DNA of 64,000 nt from an uncultured Smithella sp. (GTDB lineage: Bacteria > Desulfobacterota > Syntrophia > Syntrophales > Smithellaceae), in the NCBI GenBank assembly GCA_964581635.1, contig CAZOPH010000002.1:7032-71031 (forward strand), given 5' to 3'. Shown piece by piece: positions 59,865 through 64,000 of the stretch. Position numbers and translations under genes: made by a program. Within the stretch, counting starts at the first letter, position 1. Each line of letters begins with the position of its first letter. The notes beneath the pieces were generated by a model. It saw nothing but the letters and a program-made list of their open reading frames with translations. It had not been told where the DNA came from and searched no databases.

Positions 59865-60452
59865 ATGCCACCCAAAGTGATTTTTAACAAGGTCAATATT
59901 ATTGACTCCGCCCTGAGAATTGTCAAAGAAAAGGGTTTTAAACAACTGAGTGCCCGAGAAGTTGCCAAGGAATTGATTTCTTCAACTAGGCCCGTGTACG
60001 GAAATTTTCAATCAATGGATGAGCTCAAAAAGACAGTGCTGCAAAAGATGGTTGATCTGCTTTATGAATATGTCACACGGCAATACACGGAAAATGCCTT
60101 CCTGAACACCGGTGTCGGATATGTTTTGTATGCTAGGGATCATAAGGAATTTTTTAAGGCCATCTTCCTTGAGAGCAACGATGCGAGCGAAATCGTCAAT
60201 GAAATGCTAAGAAAACTGGACAAAGAGATAGTAAAAGTCCCGGAACTCAAGAAACTTTCGCTTACTGAAAGAAAGGATCTATTGAGGAAAGGTTGGATAT
60301 ATACGCATGGATTTGCCGTGATGGTTTTTTCCGGTTACATAAAAAACGATCATGATGCTTACATCATTAAGGTGCTTAATGAAGCAGGTCTGATTTTTAA
60401 TGGAGATGCACTTCGCAAACACAGGAAAGGCAATCCCGATCGAATTAACTAA
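59865..60452 (+). CDS. TetR/AcrR-family transcriptional regulator
   Basis: N-terminal HTH IIDSALRIVKEKGFKQLSAREVAKELISSTRPVYGNF. Confidence 0.85.
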   Translation: MPPKVIFNKVNIIDSALRIVKEKGFKQLSAREVAKELISSTRPVYGNFQSMDELKKTVLQKMVDLLYEYVTRQYTENAFLNTGVGYVLYARDHKEFFKAIFLESNDASEIVNEMLRKLDKEIVKVPELKKLSLTERKDLLRKGWIYTHGFAVMVFSGYIKNDHDAYIIKVLNEAGLIFNGDALRKHRKGNPDRIN

Positions 60453-60524
60453 CTTGTTTCAACGATACTGATCAAGGCAGTTTTGCCTAATATGAGATAA
60501 AACAAAGGATAAAAAGGAGTTATC

Positions 60525-62675
60525 GTGGAAAAGTTTTTCAATCCCAAATCTATCGTCATTTTCGGTCTATCAACTAAAAAGAACAACATTCCAGGCTACA
60601 TATTGCAGAATACGCAACGCTGGGGATATAAAGGAAAGATATTTGGCGTAACCCCGGGTGCGAATCAAGAAAAGCTTCATGATGTTACCATATACGGAAG
60701 TCTTGAAGATCTTCCTATTATCCCAGATCTTGCTGTCTTGCTCATACCGGCCCGGTTCGTACCCATGGCCATGGAGGAGTGTGGCAAGTTCGGGATCACT
60801 CGGGCAGCCGTGTTGGCCTCCGGCTTCAATGAACTGGGCGAGTCTGGTGAGGATCTTGCCCAACAGGTCACGACTATCGCAAATAAATACAACATGCGAT
60901 TCATGGGCCCCAATGGCCTCACTGTATCCGATGCGCACAGCGGCCTGTGTCTTCCCTTTATTCCCCATAAGGCGATGAAAAAAGGTGGGTTTTCCTTCAT
61001 TACCCAAAGTGGCGGGTTGTGCCTTATCCTGTGGAATTTAATGAATGATGAGAACGTGGGCATGGCAAAGTTTGCAAGTATCGGGAATAAACTGAACATC
61101 GACGAAGTCGATGTGCTCGAATATTTAGGCCAGGATCCGCAGACCAAGGTGATAGGCCTATACTTGGAAAGCATCAAGAATGGCAGTCGTCTCATCGAAA
61201 CGGCGCGGAGGATAAAAAAGCCAATCATCGCACTCAAGGCGAATACGTCAGGCGCGGGGGCGAAGGCCGCTATGAGCCATACCGCATCTTTAAGCAATGA
61301 CGACGACATCGTCAACACCGCGTTCGAGAAGGCCGGTATCATACGGATTGAGGATTTACGTGAATTCGCATCACTCGCGAAGATATTTAAGCTTCCGCCC
61401 ATGAGAGGGAATCGGCTTATGATCATGACACCGGGAGGTGGTGCGGCCGTCATGCTGGCCGACCAGTGCGAAAAGTATGGATTCGAATTTGCAGACCCGG
61501 GGAGAGAATTTTACAAAAAACTGGATAATTACAATAACGCCGGCGTTATACATTACTCCAATCCCCTCGACATGGGCGACATCTACGACACACAAACCTA
61601 TCCACAGATATTCCACGATGCCCTCTCGAGTGATGAAGTCGACGGTGCGATATATGGTCACGCGCTTCCCCTTATTCCCAAAGAAGACAAAAGCATCTTT
61701 AAGAAGATGTTTTACACGGATATATCCTCCAGAACAGAGGAAGTCATATTAAAGACCGGCAAGCCCCTGGCGATGAGTGTGTCCTGTTCATTTGAGGCGT
61801 ACGTGAAACTGAATGCTAACTTTGGGTTCCCGGTCTATAACCAGACCGAAGAGGTCGTCAGGGCCCTGAGGATACAGGCTGACTTCTATGCTCGGCAGGG
61901 CGTAAAGCCGCATGAGGCCATGAATATCTATAAGATGGACTCCACCTGGATCGGCAAAAGAATTAACGGCATGAAGGGCACCATCGGCGAGGAAATGCTT
62001 GATGTCATGCGTCAAGCAGGACTTGCAACCACGTCTTCGGTCACCGTTTCAAATGTCCATGAGGCCGTTCGCGCCGCGCGGACGATTGGCTATCCGGTCA
62101 TCATGAAGATCGATTCTCCGGACATACTGCACAAGAGTGATGCTGGCGGCGTGATTGTTGGGATCGGGAACGACGACGAGGCGGCGGAGACCTTCGCGCG
62201 GATTATAACAAACGCCCGCTCCTATAATGCCGGCACAAAGATTAACGGCGTCAGGATCGCGGAGATGGCACCGTCGGGCCATGATATGTTTATCGGCGCG
62301 ATAAGGGACAAAAGCTTCGGCCCTGTTGTCGTCTTCGGCTATGGAGGCGTCTATACCGAAATCTTCAGAGACGTCGAGAGGGCCATATGCCCATCATCAC
62401 CACAAGAGATTGAAGAGAAACTCAGAAGGCTTAAATGTTATAAAATACTTGAAGGTGCACGGGGAGCGAAATTGGCTGATATCAGTGCGTTCATAGAGGC
62501 GATTATCAGAGTCTCCCATCTCATGAACATGTATCCCGAAATCAAGGAACTCGACCTCAACCCTGTCCGGATATTCGATGAGGGAAAGGGCATCATTCTC
62601 CTGGACGCTCGTGCGAGGATTGAGCATGAAGAAAATCCATACGAGCAGAATGCGATAATGGATGAGGTTTGCTAA
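60525..62675 (+). CDS. ADP-forming acyl-CoA synthetase (fused alpha/beta: CoA-binding + ligase-CoA + ATP-grasp)
   Basis: FNPKSIVIFG N-terminus. Phospho-His context AAMSHTASLSND. C-terminal ATP-grasp GYPVIMKIDSPDILHKSDAGGV. GTG start. Confidence 0.9.
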   Translation: MEKFFNPKSIVIFGLSTKKNNIPGYILQNTQRWGYKGKIFGVTPGANQEKLHDVTIYGSLEDLPIIPDLAVLLIPARFVPMAMEECGKFGITRAAVLASGFNELGESGEDLAQQVTTIANKYNMRFMGPNGLTVSDAHSGLCLPFIPHKAMKKGGFSFITQSGGLCLILWNLMNDENVGMAKFASIGNKLNIDEVDVLEYLGQDPQTKVIGLYLESIKNGSRLIETARRIKKPIIALKANTSGAGAKAAMSHTASLSNDDDIVNTAFEKAGIIRIEDLREFASLAKIFKLPPMRGNRLMIMTPGGGAAVMLADQCEKYGFEFADPGREFYKKLDNYNNAGVIHYSNPLDMGDIYDTQTYPQIFHDALSSDEVDGAIYGHALPLIPKEDKSIFKKMFYTDISSRTEEVILKTGKPLAMSVSCSFEAYVKLNANFGFPVYNQTEEVVRALRIQADFYARQGVKPHEAMNIYKMDSTWIGKRINGMKGTIGEEMLDVMRQAGLATTSSVTVSNVHEAVRAARTIGYPVIMKIDSPDILHKSDAGGVIVGIGNDDEAAETFARIITNARSYNAGTKINGVRIAEMAPSGHDMFIGAIRDKSFGPVVVFGYGGVYTEIFRDVERAICPSSPQEIEEKLRRLKCYKILEGARGAKLADISAFIEAIIRVSHLMNMYPEIKELDLNPVRIFDEGKGIILLDARARIEHEENPYEQNAIMDEVC

Positions 62676-62833
62676 TTATAGAGGACCCATGATTCCTTTA
62701 TTGCTATGAATTTTCTTTTTGTTGGAATGAAATACATGAAAGGTTGTAAAAAATGCAATCCTCCAGAAAGGGGTAGAGCATGGAAAGAAAGAAGCTAATG
62801 CAGATGATTTAATTCCAAATTAAGGAGAATAAT

Positions 62834-63979
62834 ATGCATTTCGAACTATCTACTGAACAACAATTGCTGCAGCAAAAAGTTGCAGAATTCTGCGTTCATG
62901 AGTGCCCACCGGAATTTGAGACATCATTGGAACAGAGTGATGAATTTCCTGAGCATCTCTATCGAAAAATGGCAGACAATGGTTTCTTGAAAATCTCTTT
63001 TCCGAAAGAATATGGCGGGATAGACGGGAACATAATGGATATAGTGCTCATTGCAGAACAGCTTGCCAAGAACAGTTATACCGCCGTGAACATATACCTT
63101 GTAAATGTTGTCTTTGCCGGAATGATTATCCTTAACTGCGGCAATGATGCACAGAAGAAGGAGTTACTCCCGAAACTGTTAAAGGGAGACATTAAGTTTT
63201 CCTTTGCGCTTACTGAGCCGGAAGCAGGATCTGATGCGCGATCAATAAAGTCATCAGCAATTGCTCAGGGTGATCACTTTCTCATCAACGGGACAAAATA
63301 TTGGACAACCGGGGCGAGCGTGGCGGATTATATCATAACAGTTGTGCTCACGAGTCCAGTAACCGATCAATCTAAACTGATGAGTGTGTTCATTGTCCCT
63401 ACAAAGTCTGAGGGCTTGAAAATTACCCCTATCCCAAAGCTGGCAGGGAATGCATATCCATCGTGTGAAGTGAAGTTCCAGAACGTGTCTATCGCAAAAG
63501 AGAATATCCTCGGCGGAATTGAATGGTTGAATAATGGGATACTTCAACTATTCCAGACAGCAGAGTATGAGCGAATTTGCGTTGCAGCGAGTTGCCTCGG
63601 CGGCGCCGAGACTATCCTGAAAGAAAGTACGGAATTTGCAAAGACCCGTCAGCAGTTTAACAAACCCATCATAAAGTTTCAGGCAATACAGTATGCACTT
63701 GCAGACATCGCTACGCAGATAGAAGCGATGAGGTGGATGACCTACCATGCAGCATGGATGAAGTCCATGGGAAAAGACTGCTTCAAGGAAATCTGCATGG
63801 CAAAGTTGTTTTGCTCCGAGACACTCAACGATATAGCAAGAAAGGGCATGCAGATATTCGGCGGCAGGGGATATTCTATGGAATACAGAATGCAGAGGTA
63901 TCTCCGTGAAAGCTATTTGTCTCTCTATGCCGGCGGTACTTCAGAAATACAGAAAAACGTCATAGCGAGATCTTTATAA
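62834..63979 (+). CDS. Acyl-CoA dehydrogenase
   Basis: FALTEPEAGSDA, YWTTGA, QFNKPIIKFQAIQ, GGRGYSMEY. The C-terminal motif reads YAGGTSEIQ (no Glu at the MCAD YEGT position), while AEYERI supplies a Glu at the IVD-type position. Confidence 0.92.
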   Translation: MHFELSTEQQLLQQKVAEFCVHECPPEFETSLEQSDEFPEHLYRKMADNGFLKISFPKEYGGIDGNIMDIVLIAEQLAKNSYTAVNIYLVNVVFAGMIILNCGNDAQKKELLPKLLKGDIKFSFALTEPEAGSDARSIKSSAIAQGDHFLINGTKYWTTGASVADYIITVVLTSPVTDQSKLMSVFIVPTKSEGLKITPIPKLAGNAYPSCEVKFQNVSIAKENILGGIEWLNNGILQLFQTAEYERICVAASCLGGAETILKESTEFAKTRQQFNKPIIKFQAIQYALADIATQIEAMRWMTYHAAWMKSMGKDCFKEICMAKLFCSETLNDIARKGMQIFGGRGYSMEYRMQRYLRESYLSLYAGGTSEIQKNVIARSL

Positions 63980-64000
63980 TTCATGAATAACTCGTTATTG

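Noticed and set aside
60677-61453. 258-aa minus-strand ORF. Similar long shadow ORFs occur at 12244-12936 (+), 17003-17725 (+), 24450-25079 (-) and 33313-33747 (-).
   Set aside because: All are antisense to strongly supported genes (acyl-CoA synthetase, ligA, the two EF-Gs, the GRE) and carry no family signatures.

Overview
This 64-kb window looks like a chromosomal segment of an anaerobe. I infer a Desulfobacterota/deltaproteobacterium-like origin from gene content only: a sigma-54 NtrC-type regulator, several EF-G paralogs, class-1B DHODH pyrK/pyrD, a DUF3795 protein, a glycyl radical enzyme and an ADP-forming acyl-CoA synthetase. About 45 protein-coding genes are densely packed. Hand-counted stretches give roughly 43-50% GC.

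Housekeeping content:
- comEC-ndk-hisS-aspS on the minus strand.
- A small ORF-ligA-acyP operon.
- Two EF-G paralogs.
- recC-recB and recD.
- An incomplete mannose-family PTS, then rimI, pyrK and pyrD.

Accessory-looking content lies at about 26-43 kb:
- A GGDEF/PAS/HD-GYP protein.
- A frameshifted DUF422 gene.
- A BtrH-like Cys/His protein.
- One uninterrupted 1117-aa ORF that fuses a PflA-type radical-SAM activase to a PFL2-class glycyl radical enzyme. This is the most unusual feature.
- Downstream of it, genes for a secreted START-like protein, an FGGY kinase, a GlpD-like FAD dehydrogenase and a DUF255 thioredoxin-fold protein.

The left edge carries a second aspS copy with markedly higher GC. 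It is truncated by the window, so the ORF track does not list it. It sits in tandem with the native-looking aspS.

I saw no rRNA, tRNA, CRISPR array, transposase, integrase or phage gene. All calls rest on reading the translated ORFs and recalling family motifs. No database search was run, and start codons are best guesses.
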